A DNA stretch of 32,000 nt, from positions 1-32,000 of the forward strand of contig JAIRQE010000018.1 of the NCBI GenBank assembly GCA_031256725.1. Reading direction: 5' to 3'. A program made the position numbers and the translations under genes. Origin of the DNA: Propionibacteriaceae bacterium. GTDB lineage: Bacteria > Actinomycetota > Actinomycetes > Propionibacteriales > Propionibacteriaceae. Shown one piece after another: positions 1 through 9,542 of this stretch. The notes below the pieces were generated by a model, which saw only the letters and a program-made list of their open reading frames with translations, was not told where the DNA came from and made no database searches. Within the stretch, counting starts at the first letter, position 1. Each line of letters starts with the position of its first letter.

Positions 1-49
1 CCAAATACAAGACGAATGAGCCCACAAAAAACAATTACATATATTTCTG

Positions 50-490
50 GTGGGTCAGTACAGAACATCTGATTCCAAAGACTACCTGAAAGGTGAGAAG
101 TCGACCATCAAACACACACCGGAGGGTGACGATGTGGTATTCAGTTTGGAGTTAGTTGATCGGTCTGCTCTCGATGTGGTGTGGTTGCCTCGGGTGGTGG
201 TGAGGGATATTGATTGGATGACCGTAGTCCATCCTGTTCATCAGAAATCCAAGGATACCCCTGCGACAATCTTCGAATACCATCCAAATGAATTTCCGGG
301 ACCCAAATGGGAGATAGGAACCATTGTTGGGGGAATCGTGCGGATCCTGTGTTTTGCGTTTTCGGGTGAGGGTGATGACCTAGTATTTGATCACTTTGTG
401 CCTCGTCAAGGAGACAGGCGTCCCTATATCATTCCTGCTCTTCGTTTTCCTAAGAAGCTGTTTGTGGATGAGTATGCTACATGGTGGTAA
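50..490 (+). CDS. hypothetical protein (146 aa), no family recognised
   Basis: Only sizeable ORF in the first 724 bp. GTG start at 50 has no obvious Shine-Dalgarno. An in-frame stop at 17-19 blocks upstream extension. Flanked by AT-rich sequence. No motif I recognise. Confidence 0.35.
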   Translation: MGQYRTSDSKDYLKGEKSTIKHTPEGDDVVFSLELVDRSALDVVWLPRVVVRDIDWMTVVHPVHQKSKDTPATIFEYHPNEFPGPKWEIGTIVGGIVRILCFAFSGEGDDLVFDHFVPRQGDRRPYIIPALRFPKKLFVDEYATWW

Positions 491-681
491 CTGTTTAGTC
501 TTTGATGGAATGGATTTCTCAAATGATTGTAAATAGCCTCGATAGGTGATCCACAATTGTGGCGGTTCGCTAAAATTAACTCAAGGAATAGTCAACATCG
601 CCCGTGGATGCCTTTCCAACCCCTCATAGCGCAGTTTAGGTATCGAAAATGAGTAAAGTTAAGTTTGTTCACGCATATTCC

Positions 682-719
682 GGAATTTTCCATGAACTAC
701 ATGGAATTTTCCGTTTTTT
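682..719 (+). terminator. intrinsic terminator-like hairpin plus T6 tract
   Basis: GGAATTTTCCATG (682-694), loop aacta, CATGGAATTTTCC (700-712). Hand pairing gives 7 bp, a 2x2 internal loop, then 4-5 bp, followed directly by TTTTTT (714-719). The T tract is only on the + strand, so it is oriented for + strand transcripts and ends 5 nt before the bioM-like stop codon. Confidence 0.5.
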
Positions 720-724
720 GAGTG

Positions 725-1411
725 TCACTTTCTGTGTGGAATGATGTGTGCACGGTACCCAGCAATGGCTTTTTTGGGGGTATCGTCAGCAAAAACTCGA
801 CCCTCGTCAAGGACAATGACGCGATCAAAGTCGGATAAAAGATCCACGTCATGGGTGACAACGAGTACCTGCTGGTGAAGAGAGGAGATGACGTCCATGA
901 CTGCGTACTTATTCTTCAGATCAAGCAGGGTCGTGGGCTCGTCGAAGACGACGATCTGGGGGTTGGTGATGAGGATGGCAGCGATAGCGAGGAGTTGCTT
1001 TTGCCCACCGGAGAGCAGGTGGGCGGGATGATCACGATGGGAGTCAAGACCGTATTCCTTCAGCCACGTCGACAGTGTCTCCTCCTTCTCAGGTTTCGAC
1101 AACGTTGTTGAGCGCAAAGAGAAGGCCAGATCCTCAGCAACCGTGGGCATAATGATCTGCAAATCGGGGTCCTGGAAGACAAAGCCGACCATGGTTCGTA
1201 CCGTGGAAAGGTCCTGGGAAGTGGTATGACCGTGAACAGAAACCTGGCCTTCACTAGGAAGAATCAGGCCATTGCAGAGTCGGGCCAGGGTGGATTTTCC
1301 TGAACCGTTTCCCCCAATGATCCCAATCCGATTCTCGGTGAGTTCTAGGCTGATCTCTGAGAGAACCTGACGATCCCCATAGTGGTGGCTGACATGGTCA
1401 AAGTGGATCAT
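725..1411 (-). CDS. bioM: ECF transporter ATP-binding protein (BioM-like, single ATPase)
   Basis: Walker A GGNGSGKST, ABC signature LSGGQKQ, Walker B VVFDEPT. I place the start at MIHFDHVSHHYG (ATG 1411-1409), which forms an ATGA overlap with the bioY stop. The 307-aa tracked ORF is a 5' over-extension into bioY. Confidence 0.9.
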   Translation of the reverse strand: MIHFDHVSHHYGDRQVLSEISLELTENRIGIIGGNGSGKSTLARLCNGLILPSEGQVSVHGHTTSQDLSTVRTMVGFVFQDPDLQIIMPTVAEDLAFSLRSTTLSKPEKEETLSTWLKEYGLDSHRDHPAHLLSGGQKQLLAIAAILITNPQIVVFDEPTTLLDLKNKYAVMDVISSLHQQVLVVTHDVDLLSDFDRVIVLDEGRVFADDTPKKAIAGYRAHIIPHRK

Positions 1412-1962
1412 GATGGGGTTCTCGTGGGATTGATCAGAGGGTACGCGCGTTTGACAGTCATGATAACGATGGCGGCAACAACGGACTTCGCGATATCTCC
1501 AGGAAGGTAGAGTACCCACGACCACAGGGCGGTATGGAGGGGGAGTTGGGTGTAGATGGCGAGCCATGTGTGCCCGAGAAGATAGAGACTGACTGAACCT
1601 ACTAGGCAGGCGAAGAAGGCCTTCATATGTGTGAGTTTCGACCACCATCTCTCAATGAGTACCCCGACGAGGAAGGCGCCTAAAGGCCACGACCAAATAA
1701 AGCCTCCCGTGAGACCAATGAGTTTGTGGAGTCCTCCTTGGGCACCTGTGAGAACAGGGAGTCCAATGGCCACGAGTACGATGACAAGCCCCATAGACAA
1801 GGCCCCACGTTTAGCTCCGATGACACCACCAGCCAGAAGCATCCCGAGGGTCTGGACCGCAAAAGTAATGCCAACTAGGGGGAGGAGGATTACCGGGGCA
1901 AGGCCGAGCACGCAGGTGAGTGCAGCAAACATGGCGATGAGTCCGAGGTCTTGTGATCTCAT
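1408..1962 (-). CDS. bioY: biotin ECF transporter S component BioY
   Basis: 184-aa polytopic membrane protein with the BioY-family pattern (FAVQTLGMLLAGGVIG, LTGGFIWSWPLGAF, LPGDIAKSV). Start and stop overlap both neighbouring genes. Confidence 0.9.
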   Translation of the reverse strand: MRSQDLGLIAMFAALTCVLGLAPVILLPLVGITFAVQTLGMLLAGGVIGAKRGALSMGLVIVLVAIGLPVLTGAQGGLHKLIGLTGGFIWSWPLGAFLVGVLIERWWSKLTHMKAFFACLVGSVSLYLLGHTWLAIYTQLPLHTALWSWVLYLPGDIAKSVVAAIVIMTVKRAYPLINPTRTPS

Positions 1963-2630
1963 GGAGCTCCTTTGGGTGATACCTGAACGGCGTTCAGTGG
2001 ATTCATTGTATCTGGAATGTTTCTTCTGCCACAGCTATCTCCAAGAGATGATCGTACCTCCAAGGCCTCACCAACCCCGTCAGCCATTCTTAGGGTACGA
2101 ATGATGAGAGGTACAAGAAAGGTCAAGGGAGCCTTCACCCTGCGAGCAGCCTGGGCCTCACGGATACGCGATCCCTGTTCGATAAGTACAGGGATGAAAC
2201 GCAAAGTCAACGAGACAGCGATACCGACACGATCAGGACGTATCCCTAAACGGGTGAGGGGACTCAGGATGGTCTCAACGGTGGAAACCAGATCGCTCAT
2301 CGTGGTTGTTAACGTCAGAAGGTTGGCGGCAGCGATCAGAAAGAGGATCCTCAGCCCGACTATAGCTGCAAGATGCCCAGAGGAGAAGACCCACTGGAAG
2401 CAGACGATGAGGGCGATAAAGAAAAGTACAGCTCGCGAGATTCTCCATAGTGTGTCTATCGGGATGCGGGCAATGATGTAGGCAGTCCCAATCAGACCAA
2501 GTGCGCCCCCAAGGATAGGCCAGGCAGAAATGAACATCACAGTTGTTCCGCACAGGCACAGGGCAAGGAGCTTGATCCACGCGGGGATTCGGTGGATAAG
2601 GGAGTTCCCTGGGCTGTAGAGACTTAACAT
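1959..2630 (-). CDS. bioN: ECF transporter transmembrane (T) component, CbiQ/EcfT family (BioN-like)
   Basis: 223-aa membrane protein with the Arg-containing coupling-helix region typical of EcfT/CbiQ (IREAQAARR ... RTLRMADGVGEALEVR). ATGA overlap with the bioY start. Confidence 0.85.
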   Translation of the reverse strand: MLSLYSPGNSLIHRIPAWIKLLALCLCGTTVMFISAWPILGGALGLIGTAYIIARIPIDTLWRISRAVLFFIALIVCFQWVFSSGHLAAIVGLRILFLIAAANLLTLTTTMSDLVSTVETILSPLTRLGIRPDRVGIAVSLTLRFIPVLIEQGSRIREAQAARRVKAPLTFLVPLIIRTLRMADGVGEALEVRSSLGDSCGRRNIPDTMNPLNAVQVSPKGAP

Positions 2631-2750
2631 GAGGTCATCCTTTGTCGCTCCTGTCTAGGTCACCTCCTGAACCTTGCTCAATGTCATTTGGCTATGTCGG
2701 TCATAGAACTTGAGAATCATCAGGATCACCTGCTCAGGGGTTTACCTCAG

Positions 2751-2756
2751 TATACT
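2751..2756 (+). promoter_or_regulatory. candidate -10 hexamer TATACT for a leaderless transcript
   Basis: TATACT ends 6 nt before ATG 2763. No Shine-Dalgarno lies between them, and the intervening codon 2757-2759 is an in-frame TAA. Confidence 0.3.
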
Positions 2757-2762
2757 TAAGTC

Positions 2763-2930
2763 ATGAGTTCTATTCAGGAGCCCCCGTCCACCGGCGACGA
2801 GAATGTGGATGCCATCTTGAGGAAGGTCACCACCTTGGCTGAGGCGCCACTCGTGGATCATCTTGAGGTCTTTCGCGAGGCCCAACAGGCACTCCAAGGG
2901 TACCTGAACTCTGGACACCATGCGTCTTGA
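2763..2930 (+). CDS. small hypothetical protein (55 aa) upstream of and overlapping tlyA
   Basis: Hand translation: MSSIQEPPSTGDENVDAILRKVTTLAEAPLVDHLEVFREAQQALQGYLNSGHHAS*. Absent from the supplied ORF track. Its stop (2928-2930) lies 11 nt inside tlyA (ATG 2920), suggesting translational coupling. A small conserved ORF sits in the equivalent position in other actinobacteria (recalled as Rv1693 before tlyA). Confidence 0.45.
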   Translation: MSSIQEPPSTGDENVDAILRKVTTLAEAPLVDHLEVFREAQQALQGYLNSGHHAS

Positions 2931-3645
2931 CCTGGCATTGGTTGAGCGTGGTCTAGCCCGCTCCCGAAGCCATGCTCGCCAACTCATTGAAGCTGGCAGA
3001 GTCACGATTCCCTTCCAGACCTCACCCAAACCCTCGATTATTGTCGGTAGTGAAATCCAGATTGAGGTTGAGGTGGATCCTTATGTTTCCCGAGGCGCCC
3101 ATAAGCTCATCCATGCCCTTGATCACTCTGGTCTGGTCATCACCGGACGGGTACTAGACGCTGGAGCTTCCACGGGAGGATTCACCCAGGTCCTCTTGGA
3201 ACGTGGAGTCACACAGGTCTATGCCGTCGATGTGGGGCATGACCAAATGGTTGAGAATCTACGACACGATCCAAGAGTGGTTCTTCGCGAGGGGTTGAAT
3301 CTGCGGGAACTGAGCCTCAACGACGTCGAGAATCAGAGGGTCGACTATGTCGTTGCTGATGTGTCATTCATCTCTTTGACCATGATTCTTGAGCCAATCC
3401 TGGCTGTACTCAAACCCGAGGGTGCTGCTTTGGTGCTCGTCAAACCGCAATTCGAGGTTGGTCGTGGAGGCTTGGATTCCCATGGCGTGGTTGTCGATGA
3501 GTTGGTACGCGCGCAAGCAGTGACTGGCGTGATTGAGCACGCGCGTACCCTGGGGTGGTTCCTGGACTGGTCTGCTCCTAGTGCTGTGGTGGGTGAGAAA
3601 GGAAACCAGGAGACCTTTTGCTTATTCCGATCTCACCCGTCTTAA
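2920..3645 (+). CDS. tlyA: TlyA-family 16S/23S rRNA (cytidine-2'-O)-methyltransferase
   Basis: S4-like N-terminus RLDLALVERGLARSRSHARQLIEAGRV. FtsJ-type SAM site VLDAGASTGGFTQVLLERG. Conserved position before nadK-recN. Confidence 0.9.
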   Translation: MRLDLALVERGLARSRSHARQLIEAGRVTIPFQTSPKPSIIVGSEIQIEVEVDPYVSRGAHKLIHALDHSGLVITGRVLDAGASTGGFTQVLLERGVTQVYAVDVGHDQMVENLRHDPRVVLREGLNLRELSLNDVENQRVDYVVADVSFISLTMILEPILAVLKPEGAALVLVKPQFEVGRGGLDSHGVVVDELVRAQAVTGVIEHARTLGWFLDWSAPSAVVGEKGNQETFCLFRSHPS

Positions 3646-3649
3646 TCCA

Positions 3650-3717
3650 TCATCCTGCACGGAGTCGCAGGATCTAGGAGTACATTGTCTGGATCCTGCG
3701 ACTGACGCGCAGGATGA
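3650..3717. repeat. nested-palindrome intergenic repeat, copy 1
   Basis: TCATCCTGCACGGAGTCGCAGGATC, 17 nt, then GATCCTGCGACTGACGCGCAGGATGA. ATCCTGC and GCAGGAT alternate four times. A second copy lies at 7057-7129. Confidence 0.8.
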
Positions 3718-3749
3718 CGAGCTACTGGGTCCGCGCAGCCCGATGGGGA

Positions 3750-4301
3750 TTAGCCGAATACTTCGATCCCAGCCTCGGTGAGTTCCTGGGTTAGGGCTTC
3801 ATTGTTGTGAGGATGTACTGCGGCGGTGAGGTTGAGGAGTACACAGGTCACATAGCCGAGACGTTTGGCATCAAGGGCAGTCTGTTTGACACAGTAATCC
3901 GTGGCGATCCCCACAATGTCAACGGCCTGGATCTCGTGGGATCTGAGAAGGTCATTCAATGAGCGACCCCAGGAATCGACTCCCTCAAAACCTGAATAGC
4001 ATGCGGCGTAATAGCCCTTGTCAACAATGGCGTCGAGGGGTACTTTCAGGTTCGGATGAAGGTTTTGGCCTGTGGTACCAACCTTGCAATGCTCAGGCCA
4101 GGAGTCCACATAATCGGGGGAGGATGAGAAGTGATCTCCTGGGTCGATATGGGAGTCACGGGTTGCGACAATGAGATCATATTCACTGTTTTCGACATAG
4201 CTGCTGATGAGTTCGGCTGTGGCTTGACCACCTTCAACAGCAAGGGAACCACCCTCGCAAAAGTCGTTTTGAACATCAACAATGATAAGTGCAGTACCCA
4301 T
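3750..4301 (-). CDS. pncA: nicotinamidase/pyrazinamidase (isochorismatase family)
   Basis: LIIVDVQNDFCEGGSL N-terminus, metal-binding region DSHIDPGDHF, catalytic Cys in GIATDYCVKQTALDA. Confidence 0.9.
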   Translation of the reverse strand: MGTALIIVDVQNDFCEGGSLAVEGGQATAELISSYVENSEYDLIVATRDSHIDPGDHFSSSPDYVDSWPEHCKVGTTGQNLHPNLKVPLDAIVDKGYYAACYSGFEGVDSWGRSLNDLLRSHEIQAVDIVGIATDYCVKQTALDAKRLGYVTCVLLNLTAAVHPHNNEALTQELTEAGIEVFG

Positions 4302-4408
4302 GATTTGCCTCCTTTGTGTCCAGACTTCGTTGGTGCCTCATCCTACTCGTAGCAAGATGGCTGTGGATGGGTTCCAAAACTGTCCCATAACCCCAGTAAT
4401 CTAAGTAT

Positions 4409-5311
4409 GTGAACCAAGACTCAACTCGCAGAATCGCGGTGTGGATCCATACCTCACGGATCCCTGCCCTGGAAGCCGCCTGTGCTTTCATTGAGGCGCT
4501 TCCCACAGATTTTGAGTGTCTCGTACTTGGCGATACCCACGAGTTTATTCAACAGCGGGTGCCCCAATCTCGATTGTGTGACATCTCGGATGAGACTCTG
4601 CCCACAGCGGAGGTGATCGTTGTTTTCGGTGGGGATGGAACCATCCTCCGAGCCGCAGAGAAGGCTCTCGCCTGTGAGATCCCTGTACTGGGGGTCAACT
4701 TGGGACATGTGGGGTTCCTTGCTGAGCTTGAGATGTCGCAGATGCCCGAATTGGTACACCATGTGGTTGAGGGAGAGTTCATCCTGGAGAAAAGGATGAC
4801 TGTCGAAGTTGAGGTCTACGCCGAGGAGAAGGAAACCCCCACGTGGACATCTATCGCCATCAACGAAGTCTCCTGCGAAAAAGCCATGAGAATGAAGATG
4901 ATCGACTGTCTTGTCTCCATTGACGGGCTTCCAGTCTCACGATGGGCATGCGATGGGGTCCTAGTCTCAACGCCGACAGGGTCAACGGCCTATGCCTTCT
5001 CAGCGGGTGGGCCTGTGATGTGGCCCCAGTTGGAGGCATTCCAGGTTGTACCCCTTTCTGCTCATGCACTCTTTGCTCGTCCCATGGTTTTGGCTCCCGA
5101 TTCTCAAGTGAGGCTTGATCTCCATCCACCAGTTTCCGCAGTTGTGTGTTGCGATGGCTTCCGAGTATATGATCTGCCTCCAGGTTCCCGGATTGAGATT
5201 CGGCGCTTCCCTCATGATTTGAAGGTGGCTCGACTCTCGGAGCAACCCTTCACCTCCCGATTGGTCAAGAAATTTGCGTTACCCATTGAGGGCTGGCGAG
5301 GGCGCGGGTAA
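4409..5311 (+). CDS. nadK: NAD+ kinase
   Basis: VVFGGDGTILRAA and NLGHVGFL motifs, TPTGSTAYAFSAGGP. GTG start. Sits immediately before recN. Confidence 0.93.
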   Translation: MNQDSTRRIAVWIHTSRIPALEAACAFIEALPTDFECLVLGDTHEFIQQRVPQSRLCDISDETLPTAEVIVVFGGDGTILRAAEKALACEIPVLGVNLGHVGFLAELEMSQMPELVHHVVEGEFILEKRMTVEVEVYAEEKETPTWTSIAINEVSCEKAMRMKMIDCLVSIDGLPVSRWACDGVLVSTPTGSTAYAFSAGGPVMWPQLEAFQVVPLSAHALFARPMVLAPDSQVRLDLHPPVSAVVCCDGFRVYDLPPGSRIEIRRFPHDLKVARLSEQPFTSRLVKKFALPIEGWRGRG

Positions 5312-5313
5312 AG

Positions 5314-7008
5314 ATGCTGACTGAACTTTTAATCAGGCACCTCGGGGTCATCGAGGAAGCCGTACTATGTCCGGGCCCTGGTTTGACTGTGGTTACTGGT
5401 GAGACTGGTGCTGGTAAGACAATGCTCGTTGTTGGGTTAGGAGTGGTGTCTGGTACCCGTGCAGACTCGTCAGTGGTCAGAAATGGGCAGGGAATGGCCC
5501 ATGTGATCGCCCGCTTTACAGATCTACCAACCTCAACCACTAAGGCTGTCGAGGATGCGGGAGGATCCCTAGAAGAAGGTGAACTCCTGATTCAACGCCA
5601 GATCTCGACCACAGGTCGTTCGCGCTGTTGGGTTGGCGGATCAAGTGTGACCCAATCCATCGCCTCAGATATTGGGGCAGATTTAGTCACCATCCATGGG
5701 CAGTCCGAACAGGTCAGACTCTCCACCCCGGAACGCCAACGAGAGGTACTTGATAGGGCAGCAGGGCCTGACATGGCCTCAACCCTGGAAAGGTACAGGG
5801 TCGTCTTCGATCAAAGGAAAGTACTCGCCCAAGAGTTGAATACTCTGACCCAATCAGCGCGAGACCGCGCTCGAGAAGTGGATATGCTCGTCTATGGTCT
5901 GGCAGAAATCGAGAAGGTGGGCCCTGAAGAAGGAGAGGATGAAGCCCTCCAATCAGAGGCCCGACGTCTCCAGGATGCTGACGAATTGAGAGCCAATGCC
6001 TTCACTGCCATGGTTGCACTCGCTGGTGAGGACTCCCAGGATTCGACCCCAGCGATCACCCTCCTGGCTGCCGCATCCAAGGCCCTGGCACAGATTTCTT
6101 CCAAGGATTCCCTAGCCGCGCCCCTAGCTGACCAGGCCCTAGAACTTTCTTCACTGAGTACAGATTTGGCGGGCCAGGTTTCATCCTACTTAGCTAATCT
6201 TGAGGCTGATCCTGTACGTCTGGAATGGATAGAAAGCCGCTTAGCTCAGATCAAGGTTCTCACAAGAAAATACGGCGAAAATGCTTCTCAGGTACGACAG
6301 TGGGCACTCACCGCTCACACGAGACTCCAAGAGTTGGAGGGCTCCGATGAGCGCATCAGTCTTGTAACCCAGCATCTGGAATCCCTTGAAGCAGAGCTTG
6401 GGGAACTCGCGATCCAGATCACAAGAATGCGGAGGGAGGCTGCCAGACAATTTGGGGCACAGATCGGCGCAGAATTGGCGGCCTTGGCCATGCCTCATGC
6501 GCAGGTTGAGTTCAGAGTCACACCTTTGCCGGAATTGGGTCCTTGGGGAAAGGATTCTGTGGCGCTGTTTTTCACGGCCAACCCTGGTTCTGACCCAGGT
6601 CCATTGTCCAAGGTTGCCTCTGGTGGTGAACTCTCCCGGGTACGTTTAGCGATCGAAGTAGTCCTTGCTGACTCTGCCCTCAAACAAACCTTTGTCTTCG
6701 ATGAAGTCGATGCCGGTATCGGTGGGGCAGTGGGCCTCCAAGTGGGTCAACGGCTCGCCAAACTCGCCACCCAAGGCCAAGTCATTGTCGTGACACATCT
6801 CGCCCAAGTGGCCGCATTCGCTGACACCCATTACGTCATCACCAAGGCCGACAATGGTGAGGTCACGGCCTCATCCCTGCGTCATCTTCATGGCGATCAG
6901 CGACTGTGGGAACTCGCCAGAATGATGGGTGGATTGGATCAGAGTGTATCTTCCCAAGCCCATGCTGGTGAACTCATGGATCAAGCACGGGCTATGAAGA
7001 ACCTCTGA
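5314..7008 (+). CDS. recN: DNA repair protein RecN
   Basis: Walker A GETGAGKT, long coiled-coil middle region, SGGELSR signature, Walker B FVFDEVDAGIGG. 564 aa. Confidence 0.95.
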   Translation: MLTELLIRHLGVIEEAVLCPGPGLTVVTGETGAGKTMLVVGLGVVSGTRADSSVVRNGQGMAHVIARFTDLPTSTTKAVEDAGGSLEEGELLIQRQISTTGRSRCWVGGSSVTQSIASDIGADLVTIHGQSEQVRLSTPERQREVLDRAAGPDMASTLERYRVVFDQRKVLAQELNTLTQSARDRAREVDMLVYGLAEIEKVGPEEGEDEALQSEARRLQDADELRANAFTAMVALAGEDSQDSTPAITLLAAASKALAQISSKDSLAAPLADQALELSSLSTDLAGQVSSYLANLEADPVRLEWIESRLAQIKVLTRKYGENASQVRQWALTAHTRLQELEGSDERISLVTQHLESLEAELGELAIQITRMRREAARQFGAQIGAELAALAMPHAQVEFRVTPLPELGPWGKDSVALFFTANPGSDPGPLSKVASGGELSRVRLAIEVVLADSALKQTFVFDEVDAGIGGAVGLQVGQRLAKLATQGQVIVVTHLAQVAAFADTHYVITKADNGEVTASSLRHLHGDQRLWELARMMGGLDQSVSSQAHAGELMDQARAMKNL

Positions 7009-7056
7009 CCTATTTGCGGGGAGGGTGACACATCTATTCTGGACAACCCACCACAG

Positions 7057-7129
7057 TCATCCTGCGCGGGGTCGCAGAATCCAGAAAGAGACAACTGGGG
7101 TCTAGATCCTGCGACTTCGCGCAGGATGA
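7057..7129. repeat. nested-palindrome intergenic repeat, copy 2
   Basis: TCATCCTGCGCGGGGTCGCAGAATC, 23 nt, then GATCCTGCGACTTCGCGCAGGATGA. The flanking GATGAC(R)AGCT is shared with copy 1. The centre aligns with copy 1 only after reverse complementing. Confidence 0.8.
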
Positions 7130-7249
7130 CAAGCTTGGGATGCGAATATCGCGTAGGACTCTCCCATATGAATGTACTGAAAATACTCGCAAGACCGTGG
7201 TCGGCTTAGCGTGGCGTTAGGCTCAACCCCCAATGATCAGATAGGCTGA

Positions 7250-9507
<2,258 letters not shown>

Positions 9508-9542
9508 GAAAACTCATCGATTTAAACGGTAGAATAAGGGAT

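Noticed and set aside
1412-1648. 5' extension of the ATPase ORF (tracked as 725-1648, 307 aa).
   Set aside because: The extension overlaps bioY in another frame and encodes R/P/C-rich sequence. The ABC domain begins at MIHFDH, whose ATG forms a classic ATGA overlap with the bioY stop.
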